From the NCBI GenBank assembly GCA_964430475.1, contig CAYSEQ010000001.1, forward strand, positions 13,659-77,658: a stretch of DNA of 64,000 nt, given 5' to 3'. The position numbers and the translations under genes were made by a program. Positions 16,655-26,201 of the stretch are shown here, one piece after another (the first letter of the stretch is position 1; every line of letters begins with the position of its first letter). Under the pieces are notes generated by a model. The model did no database searches. It worked only from the letters and a program-made list of their open reading frames with translations, and was not told where the DNA came from. The DNA comes from an uncultured Gammaproteobacteria bacterium (GTDB lineage Bacteria; Patescibacteriota; Microgenomatia; UBA8517).

Positions 16655-19600
16655 TTATTTAAGATTAAAAATTTCACCAAGCTTTCTAATTAAAAACAAA
16701 ATCCAAGTTAGAATCTTGTCTTTTATTGCTATTACTCTTTTAGCTACACTATTTATTTTTTTTAAATATTCTAAATTGTTTTCATTGGTTATTTTTGGCT
16801 TTAATTGAGGAATGGTCTTTTCCTCTGGAATGGTTTTTTGTGTGTTTGAGGGTACTGGCGGTATGTTTGTTTTTATAATTGATTGCCAAATGTTTAATGT
16901 TAATGTCCTTTGATTTTGATTACCGGCATTGTCCTTTGCGGTAAAAGTAATTTTGTAAGTTCCTGGATTTAATGTGCCGATGTTATGCAAGAAAGTAGTA
17001 TACTTGTCGCAATTTTTGTTTGGTATGATCTTTATTTCAGTGTTATCGCAACTTAAATAAGATTTTTCTAGCTGGATTTTGTAAGAAAGATGGGGTTTAA
17101 AAAAGATACCCTCTTTCTTTTCTATTGTTATATTCACCTCTTTAGGTCCTGATGCAACCCTCGGTCCATTTTCATCTTGAATTTGATTTGGATCTCCGCC
17201 CGCTAATAAATCGACAATCTCTCCATAAAGGGTTAGGGTCTTGTTAAATGTTGAGAACTCTCCTGAATGTATTTGGGAATCATTTATCTTTAGAATTTTG
17301 AACTTAGGAGGAGTCCTATCAACAAAAAGTGTTCTGGACGTTGAGACTTCGTTTCCAGCAGTATCAATCGCCTTTACTTTCCAAGTTACTTTACCTTCTC
17401 TTAACTTTCCGTCATTTTGGCCGGTGTTAGAATCATTACTCCATTCAGTTGAAGATTTAGTGAAGACGGAAATATAATTATTTTCTTCGTCTGAATCAAA
17501 AAAATTTTCATAACGAATAAAATATTTGGGTGTTTCATAGTCGCTATTTCCTGAAGGTTTTATATTATCAATTGTGAAATCCCCACTTGGATTGCCAGTG
17601 CCAAGTGAGGGGTTGTCTATCTCAAGGATATATTTAATTACGTTTGTTGTTTCATCGCTTGTAGTTTTCCATTTAAATATTGGTCTTTCGGAGTTTGTGT
17701 AAACCTTTTCTTCGGGTGAATCAAGACTTATTGATTTTGGAGGTTGAGTGTCTATTGTAAAAGAATCACTAGCTTCGTTTCCAGAACTTGTCGTATTTCC
17801 ATTACTATCGCTTGCGCGAATGTATATTGTGTGTAATCCTTCGGATAAGGCGCTAGATATAATGCAGGAAAAATCTTCTTGGGATTCGTCAAAACTACCA
17901 TCGTTTGAACTGCAATTTTCCCAACTCCCTGACGTTGAGTCTATTTGAAATTCAACATCTGCGACTGTTCCTATACTATCAGATACGCTTCCGTTAAATA
18001 CTGGAGTATTGTCAGAATGTGGGTCTGGAGTCAAAGGACTTAGATTAATGACTGGTGCTTCTACATCATAGGCTGAAAAATTGATTGTAATTTCTTCAAA
18101 AGTAGGCGTTGAGATGGAATCAGTATTAGAGAGAGTTATTTGATACTGGATATAACGGTGGGAATCGGTCACACAATTATTTGAAGAAATATCTGAGCCC
18201 GAATTTATAGGATTGCATGAGGAAAATGAACTTGCTCCTGACATTGAAGAGGAGTTACTTGTCCTTATTCTTACTGAGATAGAAGTATTTGAAGGCGTTG
18301 TGGCAGTATAGGTTAGTGTTCCCCATAACGCTCCACTTGAAGATTCTGTGTCAAAAATTGACGATGTAAGAGTTCCGTTTGCAATGGAGTAAACTTGTTC
18401 TTCTGAAGAAAAAGTATTGAAGTTGTCTATTGCTAAGTTGTAAGTGGCAGCTATCCAAGCAGGTGATCTTGCAGTATTTGAAATCCGAACTTCATCTATT
18501 CGACCATCTACCAATCCTTCGGTGGGATTGTCCGAAGTTAATCGTCCGATGGTGAGAATTTCTGAATTTGTAAACGGCGTTGCAGTAACATTTGTAAGTT
18601 GCGCAACTTGCGAGCCATTTTGATAAAGAGTAACTGTTTGGGTTCCTGAGCTGTAAGTAACTACAGCATAGTACCAAGTTCCTGTGGTGTGGGTGAAGTT
18701 GTAATAGGCCTGAAAATTAGTGCCGGTTGAGTTTTCAAAACCACCCACTAAATTTCTTCCGGTTAGCCCAAAATCATTATTTGCCAAAGCAAGAAAGTAG
18801 TTTTGTTGACCGTTTGGGTCCGAATCCCCAAAAGTGCCCTTACCAATAAGAGTCATATCATTTAAAGGAAGAGTGTCTAGATTGAACCATGCTTCTGCGG
18901 TAAATGCGCTTGTGAGATTAAGACTGGAATTGTGAGAGACATAAATATAGTCGTTTCCCCCATCAAAATCTTGAGCACCATCTATTCTTCCACTTGCGGT
19001 TGGATTGGGTTCGGTAGCTGAGACTTTATTTCCATCGTTGTTATTGGATGTAGAATCATTAGTTGTTGTTCCTGAAGTCTCTGAAAGATGTTGAACCAGA
19101 ACATAATTTGAATCCCAAACAGAGGTTACTTGTTGGTGATCAGTTGCTGAGGTGTTACCATAGTACATATAGATATAGTCAGTTGAAGAATTGGCATCTA
19201 TTTGAGGAACTTTCACCCAGACAAAAGAAGTTCCGGTCTCGTCCCATTTTTCAATTTCATAGGCGAGATCACTTCCATCGCTATCGGTAAAGCGAATATC
19301 ACTTCCATCATTGTTTGTTTTTGAGTAATCGATATTGGAGGATGAAAGTTTGATTAGAACCGGGAAATTAGTAAGATTTTCACTGGTTACCCCTAAATTA
19401 GTATCAGTATTGTCAAAGGTGATTTTATTTCTATACTTCCAGGTAGAATTGCAATATGAATTGTTGCACCAGCCCGAGGTTGGACTTAAAGTAATCTGTC
19501 CGGCTACAGAGGTAGTGACATTTGATGAAGACTCAAACTTGGTATTATCTGACCAGTTAGTTTGTCCTGATCCTCCTGACCAATCAGTTTGTGTCCACGG

Positions 19601-19732
19601 AGACGAAGCTATCGCTTTTATTGAATTAATATTTAATAAAAGTAGATTAATATTTATCAGAAAAATCAAAATTAAAGATTTTAAGTAAACATATTTCAAG
19701 TAAACCTTCTTTAGAGAATATTTTTTAAACAT
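16655..19732 (-). CDS. Large secreted surface protein with DUF2341 plus LamG (concanavalin-like lectin) N-terminal module and Ig-like repeats
   Basis: 1025 aa. Signal peptide. KITFDN...NFPVL...DIRF...EIEKWD...VWVKVP...YYGN (the DUF2341 pattern), then ...DGRIDEVRISNTARS (LamG end motif). Ser/Thr/Asn-rich. Confidence 0.55.
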   Translation of the reverse strand: MFKKYSLKKVYLKYVYLKSLILIFLININLLLLNINSIKAIASSPWTQTDWSGGSGQTNWSDNTKFESSSNVTTSVAGQITLSPTSGWCNNSYCNSTWKYRNKITFDNTDTNLGVTSENLTNFPVLIKLSSSNIDYSKTNNDGSDIRFTDSDGSDLAYEIEKWDETGTSFVWVKVPQIDANSSTDYIYMYYGNTSATDHQQVTSVWDSNYVLVQHLSETSGTTTNDSTSNNNDGNKVSATEPNPTASGRIDGAQDFDGGNDYIYVSHNSSLNLTSAFTAEAWFNLDTLPLNDMTLIGKGTFGDSDPNGQQNYFLALANNDFGLTGRNLVGGFENSTGTNFQAYYNFTHTTGTWYYAVVTYSSGTQTVTLYQNGSQVAQLTNVTATPFTNSEILTIGRLTSDNPTEGLVDGRIDEVRISNTARSPAWIAATYNLAIDNFNTFSSEEQVYSIANGTLTSSIFDTESSSGALWGTLTYTATTPSNTSISVRIRTSNSSSMSGASSFSSCNPINSGSDISSNNCVTDSHRYIQYQITLSNTDSISTPTFEEITINFSAYDVEAPVINLSPLTPDPHSDNTPVFNGSVSDSIGTVADVEFQIDSTSGSWENCSSNDGSFDESQEDFSCIISSALSEGLHTIYIRASDSNGNTTSSGNEASDSFTIDTQPPKSISLDSPEEKVYTNSERPIFKWKTTSDETTNVIKYILEIDNPSLGTGNPSGDFTIDNIKPSGNSDYETPKYFIRYENFFDSDEENNYISVFTKSSTEWSNDSNTGQNDGKLREGKVTWKVKAIDTAGNEVSTSRTLFVDRTPPKFKILKINDSQIHSGEFSTFNKTLTLYGEIVDLLAGGDPNQIQDENGPRVASGPKEVNITIEKKEGIFFKPHLSYKIQLEKSYLSCDNTEIKIIPNKNCDKYTTFLHNIGTLNPGTYKITFTAKDNAGNQNQRTLTLNIWQSIIKTNIPPVPSNTQKTIPEEKTIPQLKPKITNENNLEYLKKINSVAKRVIAIKDKILTWILFLIRKLGEIFNLK

Positions 19733-19829
19733 TTTTAATTTGCTTAAAAATCTCTGCCAATTTAAAATTACGGAATCCCGTAGTAATATTTTAATAGTTT
19801 TTTGTGTAGGTTTTTAGAAGAAAAAATCC

Positions 19830-20672
19830 TTATTTTTTGAGAGAGCCAATAACAATCAGAATATCGTATGGAAGATTAGAATCTAAGGGTTTTTCGGATC
19901 TTACAATCTCGTAGTCTGGTAAAGACTCCTTTATCTTTTGAAAAACTTCTTCGTCAACATTTTCCTTTAAGGTCACCAAGGTTTCCTTATAGTCGTATGT
20001 TTTGGCATTTCCTACTGATATTTTTTCTTCTGAAAAACCTCCTTCAATTAGTAAAGTTTTTACACTAGCTGCTTCTCCTTTCTTTCCTGAACCGTTAAGC
20101 ACATTTAAAGAAAATTTAGTCAAATCCACTTGCTTAATAGGCGTTGTTGGAATGGGCGTAGGTGAAGTTAGGATTTTTTCTTCGTTTTGGTTTTGGTTTG
20201 TGAGATCTTTGGGAGGTAGTTTTAAACTTCTCTGATAGTAAAACACACCTCCAGCAACTGCTCCAAGGATAATAAAAATAAACGCAGTTAAGATTACCAA
20301 CTTTAAATCTATACCCCTTGATTTTTCAAATTCTTTGGTTGTATCAGGTCTTACCTCTTGTAGCCATTCTTTAATCTCTTCTGAGGAAATTTGCTTTTTT
20401 GGTTCATTAGGAGTTTGGGATGTTGTTTCTTCTTGGATATTAGATTCTTTTGCTTCATCTTGAGAAGATGGAGTTTCCCCTTTGGATTCTTCAAAGGGTT
20501 TTACTGAGTCAAGTTGACTAAACGAGACTATCTTTTGTGGAAGCTCTCCTGTAGAATGATCTTCACTTGAAGAAACTTCTTTTTCTTTGGGTTTTGGTGT
20601 CGGTTGTGTTTTTTCTTCTTCAACTTCCTCAACTTTTATTTTCGGTCTAGTACTATCTTTTTTGTCGGGCAT
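19830..20672 (-). CDS. LytR_C (LytR/CpsA/Psr C-terminal) domain protein with an acidic disordered N-terminus and one TM
   Basis: C-terminal LNVLNGSGKKGEAASVKTLLIEGGFSEEKISVGNAK...TLVTLKEN. Confidence 0.5.
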   Translation of the reverse strand: MPDKKDSTRPKIKVEEVEEEKTQPTPKPKEKEVSSSEDHSTGELPQKIVSFSQLDSVKPFEESKGETPSSQDEAKESNIQEETTSQTPNEPKKQISSEEIKEWLQEVRPDTTKEFEKSRGIDLKLVILTAFIFIILGAVAGGVFYYQRSLKLPPKDLTNQNQNEEKILTSPTPIPTTPIKQVDLTKFSLNVLNGSGKKGEAASVKTLLIEGGFSEEKISVGNAKTYDYKETLVTLKENVDEEVFQKIKESLPDYEIVRSEKPLDSNLPYDILIVIGSLKK

Positions 20673-20778
20673 AGTATGGGATTGGTATTAATTACATTTT
20701 GATCTAAATAACCTGACTTGTCAAATATTTCTACTGGATTAAAGTGGCGGAAAAATGTAAAATAAAAGATGTTTATAA

Positions 20779-20853
20779 GGTGGATGTAGCTCAACGGTTA
20801 GAGCACTTGCCTGTGGAGCAAGGGGTTGGCGGTTCGAATCCGCTCATCCACCC
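20779..20853 (+). tRNA. tRNA-His (anticodon GTG) with encoded G-1
   Basis: G-GTGGATG...CTTGC-CTGTGGA-GCAAG...CATCCAC-C. The extra 5' G pairs with C73, which is the His identity element. Confidence 0.8.
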
Positions 20854-21009
20854 AAAATTTATTGTTTGTTATATCTTTCAAAGATCAGTACAAATTAAGA
20901 GGTTTATCTTAAGTCATAACCTTTACAATCTCCGGCAACTTTCCTTGGTTTTTCTCCCTATTTTTATTGAAAGTGCTAGAATAATAAACTAAAAAGCAGT
21001 CTTACTTAA

Positions 21010-22731
21010 ATGATAGTAATTTACAATAGTAAAACTGTTGAGAAAAATGCTTTTTCAAATAAAGGACAAGACCTTGATAATAAGGATAATCTTTCTTTAC
21101 AAACGCAAGCTGATGTTCAAGATCTTCCCCCTTATATAAGAAAATTTCTTTTAAATCTTGAGGTGAAACTTAAAGAAGAAGAAGATCAGACCGCTGAAAA
21201 AATTCAAGTCAGTCAAGTTTTTGGAGGATTAGCGAGGCTTTACGAACGAATAAGGAATGTTGTTGATTATAAAGGAGAGCATGTTTTAAGAAGGAATGCA
21301 ATTGAGAGGATTTTGAAAAGGTTGATTTGGGAAAAATCCGCGATTAATTATAGTGTTGATGAGAGAAAGGTGGCAGAAAATCTTATTAAAGAACTTACTT
21401 GGGCGCATTATCTTCCCAATAATACGATCACGGAATCCAAGCTAATCAATATTCAAAAGATAATTAGCAAGTATCTTTACCTTTTAAAAAACCTTGAAAA
21501 TTCTAAAAACAAGATTTCTCCAAGCATTCTTCAGAATTGGATCTGGGGTGTTGCCTCAAGCGAGATAGAAGATTTATTGGAGCCTTCGTTTAGAGAACTA
21601 TATGTTGAGCTAATGTTTGAGTGGTTTGTTAGAAATTATAACTGGATTGATGATAGATTTACGGATTTAGAAAAGGAAACGCAAATTTACATAGCAATTC
21701 ATAGAAGTTTAACAAAAAGTGATGATGCCATAATTCGTTATCACCTTATTTTGAGAGAATTTCCAAAGTTTAGGAATGCAGATAAAAATGATTTAGATGA
21801 GTTCCTTAGTAACTTTTTTTCCTACTACGAAAAGATAGAAAGAAACTTAAATTTTCCCGGAAATTTGATACTCTATCGACGGATTAATAGGCTCACTTCT
21901 TTTTTTGAGATATTCAAAGAGATTGTCAAAGATAATCCCCTCAAGATAAGGAAGCTTTTAAAAGATAAAGAAAAGTTTAATAAAAAGGCTCAAAAAATTT
22001 GTTCAGAAAAATATTCAACAATAAGAAAAAGGCTGCGTACTGGAATCATTAGGAGTATCATGTATATTTTTATTACAAAAGTGCTTTTTGCAATGTTGAT
22101 AGAAATTCCTTATGAAGTGTTTTTTTACGGTGATGTACGGTATCTACCACTTTTAAGTAATATCGTTTTTCCCCCGTTTATGATGTTTATTATAGGGTTT
22201 TCTATACGGCTTCCTGATGAAAAGGATACTGAAATCTTGGTTAAGAATTTAGACCGAATTGTCTTTCAAAAATCCAAAAGCGAAAAAATTAATTTTTCAA
22301 TTGAAAGTCCGGTAAAAAGTAGGTCCCTAACTTTATTTTTTGGTCTTATCTATACACTTCTATTTTTAGGCGTTGTAGGAGGGATAAGCTTTTTACTTCT
22401 TTCTTTGAGGTACTCAATCTTTGGTATATTTGTGTTTTTTATGTTCTTATCCTTGGTTATCCTTTTTGCGTATCGTTTAAAATTTAATGCTTCACAACTC
22501 AAAGTTCACGGTAGAGATGAGGGGTTACTAAGTCATGTATCAGACTATGTCACTCTTCCTTTGCTATATATCGGTTTTTATCTAAGTAAGACTCTTTCCA
22601 AATTGAATTTCTTAACAGTATTGTTAGATTTTTTCGTCGAGATACCGCTTAAGAACATGATACAGGTTTTTGAAGAATGGACTAAGTTTTTGAGGGAGAA
22701 AAAACAAGAAGTTGTGGAAACTCCTGAATAA
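21010..22731 (+). CDS. Hypothetical protein: ~330-aa soluble N-terminal domain plus C-terminal multi-TM domain
   Basis: 573 aa. No family recognised. Confidence 0.35.
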   Translation: MIVIYNSKTVEKNAFSNKGQDLDNKDNLSLQTQADVQDLPPYIRKFLLNLEVKLKEEEDQTAEKIQVSQVFGGLARLYERIRNVVDYKGEHVLRRNAIERILKRLIWEKSAINYSVDERKVAENLIKELTWAHYLPNNTITESKLINIQKIISKYLYLLKNLENSKNKISPSILQNWIWGVASSEIEDLLEPSFRELYVELMFEWFVRNYNWIDDRFTDLEKETQIYIAIHRSLTKSDDAIIRYHLILREFPKFRNADKNDLDEFLSNFFSYYEKIERNLNFPGNLILYRRINRLTSFFEIFKEIVKDNPLKIRKLLKDKEKFNKKAQKICSEKYSTIRKRLRTGIIRSIMYIFITKVLFAMLIEIPYEVFFYGDVRYLPLLSNIVFPPFMMFIIGFSIRLPDEKDTEILVKNLDRIVFQKSKSEKINFSIESPVKSRSLTLFFGLIYTLLFLGVVGGISFLLLSLRYSIFGIFVFFMFLSLVILFAYRLKFNASQLKVHGRDEGLLSHVSDYVTLPLLYIGFYLSKTLSKLNFLTVLLDFFVEIPLKNMIQVFEEWTKFLREKKQEVVETPE

Positions 22732-22748
22732 TTTTGGGGCTTATTTAA

Positions 22749-24065
22749 TCACTTTCTTGAGATTGTGTAATAGGTTGGATGATAAAGGAACGCAGCTGGT
22801 AAATCTTCGAGTAAAAATCTTTGAAAATCAAGATAAATTTTCTTTCTTTCCTCCAAATTAAGTTCAGTTCTGCCATCTTCTAGAAGTTTGTCTATCCTAG
22901 GGCTTGAAAAGTTTGAAATATTGTTGGATTTTTGCGTTGAATGCCATATTTCGTATTGGTCAGGGTCGACTGGTATTTCCAGTATAGTAAGGAATGCTGA
23001 AAAGTCAGAAGGCATTATTGAGGATACCTGAAGCGTAGTTTTTACTCCTATCTTTTCCCAATCCTTTGTTATACTTTCCGCTGTTGAGAGAAGAAGAGGC
23101 GTTGAGACTAGCCTGATTTCAATATTTTCTTTTATTTCTTTAGGTAGATTTTCGATTAGTTCTTTGGCTCGTTGTGGATCATACTTGTATTCTTTTACTT
23201 GTGGATTAAATGCCCATGAATTCGGAGATATAGGAGAAATTGCCCTTACTCCTAGCTTGTCTTTATCTATTGCATATGTTAAAGCTTGTCTTAGGGATTT
23301 TTCACTTAGGTATTTGTCAGTTGTTTTAAAAAAAAGCGTTACTACTTGGTTCAAATTTGGGGAGGATGAAATTTTGAGATTTTGCCAAGTGTTAAAGGGG
23401 GAAGGATCAAGTGTTTCCTCGATTTGGTCTATCTCTCCTAACTTCATTGCTAGTTTGGTGGCTTCAAGCGTAGGATAGAACTTAAAAATTTTTTTCTGTG
23501 AGGCGCTTTTTAAAATAAGTTCGTTAACATAAGCTCCTGATAGTGTTATTTTTTCAACCCTCCACTTTCCTGTTCCTAATAGTCCCTTTTTAAATGTTGG
23601 GCGAGAGACAACAACAGGAAAGGCAGAATAAGGATCTTTTAATTCAAATACGAGGGTTTTTGTGTCGGGTTTTTTTATTGTGACATCGGAGAATTTGTAA
23701 ACGATTGTATCGCTTGTGACAGGTGTTTCATCTTGCCAGTATACGCCGTCTTTAATATGGAATATCCAAGTTTTACCTTTGTCAGGAGTTTCCCAGGATT
23801 GTGCAAGATTAGGTTCGGGGTTGCCTGTTGAATCTACTTTTGTAAGACCATCGCCTATTAGATTTAAGATTCTAGGAGGTAGGTCTTCTGTGTGGTACCT
23901 ACCGGTTAACCCTATCTTTTCCACACTTCGGTTAAAAATTAAAGGAATAATGGTTCTCACGAAGATGAAAATTATAATGCCGAGAAAGACGCCAAAAACT
24001 ATCACCGCTTTGAAACGTTTCAGATAGGCTAGGCTAAGTTTTAAAAAAAAACTTAAGCTGGGCAT
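22749..24065 (-). CDS. ABC transporter substrate-binding protein, family 5 (oligopeptide/nickel type)
   Basis: 438 aa with an N-terminal TM/signal. ...NLAQSWETPDKGKTWIFHIKDGVYWQDETPVTSD is typical of SBP_bac_5. Confidence 0.6.
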   Translation of the reverse strand: MPSLSFFLKLSLAYLKRFKAVIVFGVFLGIIIFIFVRTIIPLIFNRSVEKIGLTGRYHTEDLPPRILNLIGDGLTKVDSTGNPEPNLAQSWETPDKGKTWIFHIKDGVYWQDETPVTSDTIVYKFSDVTIKKPDTKTLVFELKDPYSAFPVVVSRPTFKKGLLGTGKWRVEKITLSGAYVNELILKSASQKKIFKFYPTLEATKLAMKLGEIDQIEETLDPSPFNTWQNLKISSSPNLNQVVTLFFKTTDKYLSEKSLRQALTYAIDKDKLGVRAISPISPNSWAFNPQVKEYKYDPQRAKELIENLPKEIKENIEIRLVSTPLLLSTAESITKDWEKIGVKTTLQVSSIMPSDFSAFLTILEIPVDPDQYEIWHSTQKSNNISNFSSPRIDKLLEDGRTELNLEERKKIYLDFQRFLLEDLPAAFLYHPTYYTISRK

Positions 24066-24074
24066 AGAAAAGTT

Positions 24075-24284
24075 TTAAATAACGAGTGAAAGAATTGAGA
24101 TAATAAGAAATAGGATAGAGAGGACAAATGTGGCTCTAAAAACCACCCTTTCAAGGCCTCTTCTTGTAAAAGATGAAGCACCTCCCCAACTTCTACCAAA
24201 TCCCGTTCCTCTAGTTTGGATAAGGATAAAAACTATAAGTACTGCTGAGATGATTGTCTGAAGGATAATGATGTAGTTTTTCAT
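24075..24284 (-). CDS. secG: Preprotein translocase subunit SecG
   Basis: 69 aa with two TM helices flanking the G-rich loop TRGTGFGRSWGGASSF. Confidence 0.6.
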   Translation of the reverse strand: MKNYIIILQTIISAVLIVFILIQTRGTGFGRSWGGASSFTRRGLERVVFRATFVLSILFLIISILSLVI

Positions 24285-24340
24285 TGAGTAAAGTATTAAT
24301 CCCCTTGATATTCTAACCTAGAATCTTACAATTTTACAAC

Positions 24341-24742
24341 TTATTTTATAAGCCAATAAATAAACGAAGTAATAAATGAGAGTAAAAACGCAAACGCTAT
24401 GAAAGCGCCAATTCCGCTAAGCTGAATCGCAGGGATATCTATCCATTTGTTACTAAAGCCTGCGTATAAGAATCCCTCAATTTTAAAATCTTTAACTATT
24501 AATGTGACTAGATAAAGAACGACTGCGGATGCTACCCATCTAAAAAGACCGAAAGTTACAAGATTTAAAGGCAGAAGTAGTAAATTTATCACGGGTTTTG
24601 CTAAAAGCGACACGATGGTTAGGGCGGCTCCTGCTATGATTAGGGTTTTAAATCCTTCTTGAAAAACTAACCCTGCGGCAATTTGTGATACTGCCCAAAA
24701 TGAAAATGTATCTACTACAAAATGTCTTAATATTCGTTTCAC
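24341..24742 (-). CDS. DUF360/YvlD-like (holin-IV superfamily) membrane protein
   Basis: 133 aa, 4 TM helices, Pro-rich loops in the pattern of that family. Confidence 0.45.
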   Translation of the reverse strand: MKRILRHFVVDTFSFWAVSQIAAGLVFQEGFKTLIIAGAALTIVSLLAKPVINLLLLPLNLVTFGLFRWVASAVVLYLVTLIVKDFKIEGFLYAGFSNKWIDIPAIQLSGIGAFIAFAFLLSFITSFIYWLIK

Positions 24743-24839
24743 AAGACTAGTATAGCAACTTTACGAAACTTATAAAAATCAATCAAGGTCTGTAAGGATA
24801 ATTTTTATGCTAACCTCCTTCAGCATTTCCGTTTCATTT

Positions 24840-26201
24840 TTAAGCTTTGAGGAGTTCTTTTTGGATTAGCTTATGATGAAGTTTTCTTGCAAATCTGTGA
24901 GCCTCGTCTCTTATTCTCTGGAGAAGATTAAGAGCATGACCTCTTGGTATGGAGATTGGCTTAAAAATAGGTCTTCCAGGTGCTGGGGTTGGAACAATTA
25001 GAGTTTCGTATCTTTTCGCAAGTCCAATTACAGGAATGTGGTATTTTTTCATCTCATTCCAAAATACTGCCACCTGCGCCTTACCTCCATCAACTAAAAT
25101 TAAATCCGGTATGCCCCAATATTCTTTTGTATTTAGTGCATTAAAGTGTCTAGCTCTTCTTTGGGATACTTCTTTAAGTGAAGCAATATCGTCTGCTCCC
25201 CTTTTTTGCCTTATCTTGAATTGTCTATAAAGATTTTTTTCAGGTTCAGCGTTTATAAAGGTAACCATAGATGCTGTTGGAAATGTGCCTGAAAGATGTG
25301 CAACATCATAACACTCAATTCTATAAGGAAGGGTCTTGAGTTTAATGTAATTTGACAAGAGGTTTTTAAGCTCTTGAAGTTCTTGTTTTCGTAAGTCTTG
25401 TTCTAGGTTTGGATTTTTAATAAATTCTATGGCTGGAATTGGAGTCTGAGTAATGTATCTGAGTTTTTGGATTTGATCCCTAATAATTAGTGCTTCCTCA
25501 TATCTTTCTTCTTTTGATAATTTTTCCATTTTCTTATCTAGTTCTAAGATAACTTTGTCGATTTTTCCGGACAAAACTTCTTTTATCCTTTTTATATTTT
25601 CTAAATATCTTTTTTTTGAAAGGATTTTTTCTTTTTTGTCCTTAGTTTTTGCAATAACGGAAGGGCAAGGGTCACAAAGCCCCAGTTGATTATAAAAGCA
25701 AGCTTTTTTAGAAACTTTGTGTTGGGAAAAAGGGAAGATTTTCCTTAATAAAGAAAGCACTGTTTTCACATTTTGGCTGGAGGGAAAAGGTCCGAAATAA
25801 GAAAGTTTTCTACCTGTTTTTAAGTCTAAGTCTATCTTTCTTGCGGTTAGAACCTGAGGATACTCCTCTTTGGTTATCTTTATATATAATGGATTTTTAT
25901 CATCCTTTAGGTTAAAGTTGAACTTCGGCTGGTATAATTTTATTAAGTTTGCTTCCAGAAGAAGAGCTTCAAGTTCTGAGGTCACCTTTATTATTGAGAA
26001 AAATGAAGTTTTATTTATCATACTTTTAGTCTTTTCCGGCAAATTTTTTCCAATATAGAACCTTATTCTTGCTTTTAGATTCCTTGACTTGCCTATGTAA
26101 AGAGGAGAATTTTCTTTATCCCAAAAGATATAGATCCCTGGGAGCTCGGGAAGATTATTGATATTATTTTTGTTGAAAGATTTTCGTTCTAATTTCTCCA
26201 T
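24840..26201 (-). CDS. uvrC: Excinuclease ABC subunit C (short form; lacks the C-terminal HhH region)
   Basis: GIY-YIG N-terminus (LPELPGIYIFWDKENSPLYIGKSRNLKARI...), a Cys cluster, and the UvrC endonuclease-domain motif IRDEAHRFA near the C-terminus. Confidence 0.8.
   Translation of the reverse strand: MEKLERKSFNKNNINNLPELPGIYIFWDKENSPLYIGKSRNLKARIRFYIGKNLPEKTKSMINKTSFFSIIKVTSELEALLLEANLIKLYQPKFNFNLKDDKNPLYIKITKEEYPQVLTARKIDLDLKTGRKLSYFGPFPSSQNVKTVLSLLRKIFPFSQHKVSKKACFYNQLGLCDPCPSVIAKTKDKKEKILSKKRYLENIKRIKEVLSGKIDKVILELDKKMEKLSKEERYEEALIIRDQIQKLRYITQTPIPAIEFIKNPNLEQDLRKQELQELKNLLSNYIKLKTLPYRIECYDVAHLSGTFPTASMVTFINAEPEKNLYRQFKIRQKRGADDIASLKEVSQRRARHFNALNTKEYWGIPDLILVDGGKAQVAVFWNEMKKYHIPVIGLAKRYETLIVPTPAPGRPIFKPISIPRGHALNLLQRIRDEAHRFARKLHHKLIQKELLKA

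Noticed and set aside
20744-20992. 82-aa plus-strand ORF
   Set aside because: Overlaps and translates through tRNA-His (20779-20853).
26164-26201. 38-nt overlap between the transglutaminase-like gene's 3' end and the uvrC 5' end
   Set aside because: Both are on the minus strand. This is a simple same-strand overlap, not evidence of a frameshifted fusion, because the two proteins have unrelated folds.
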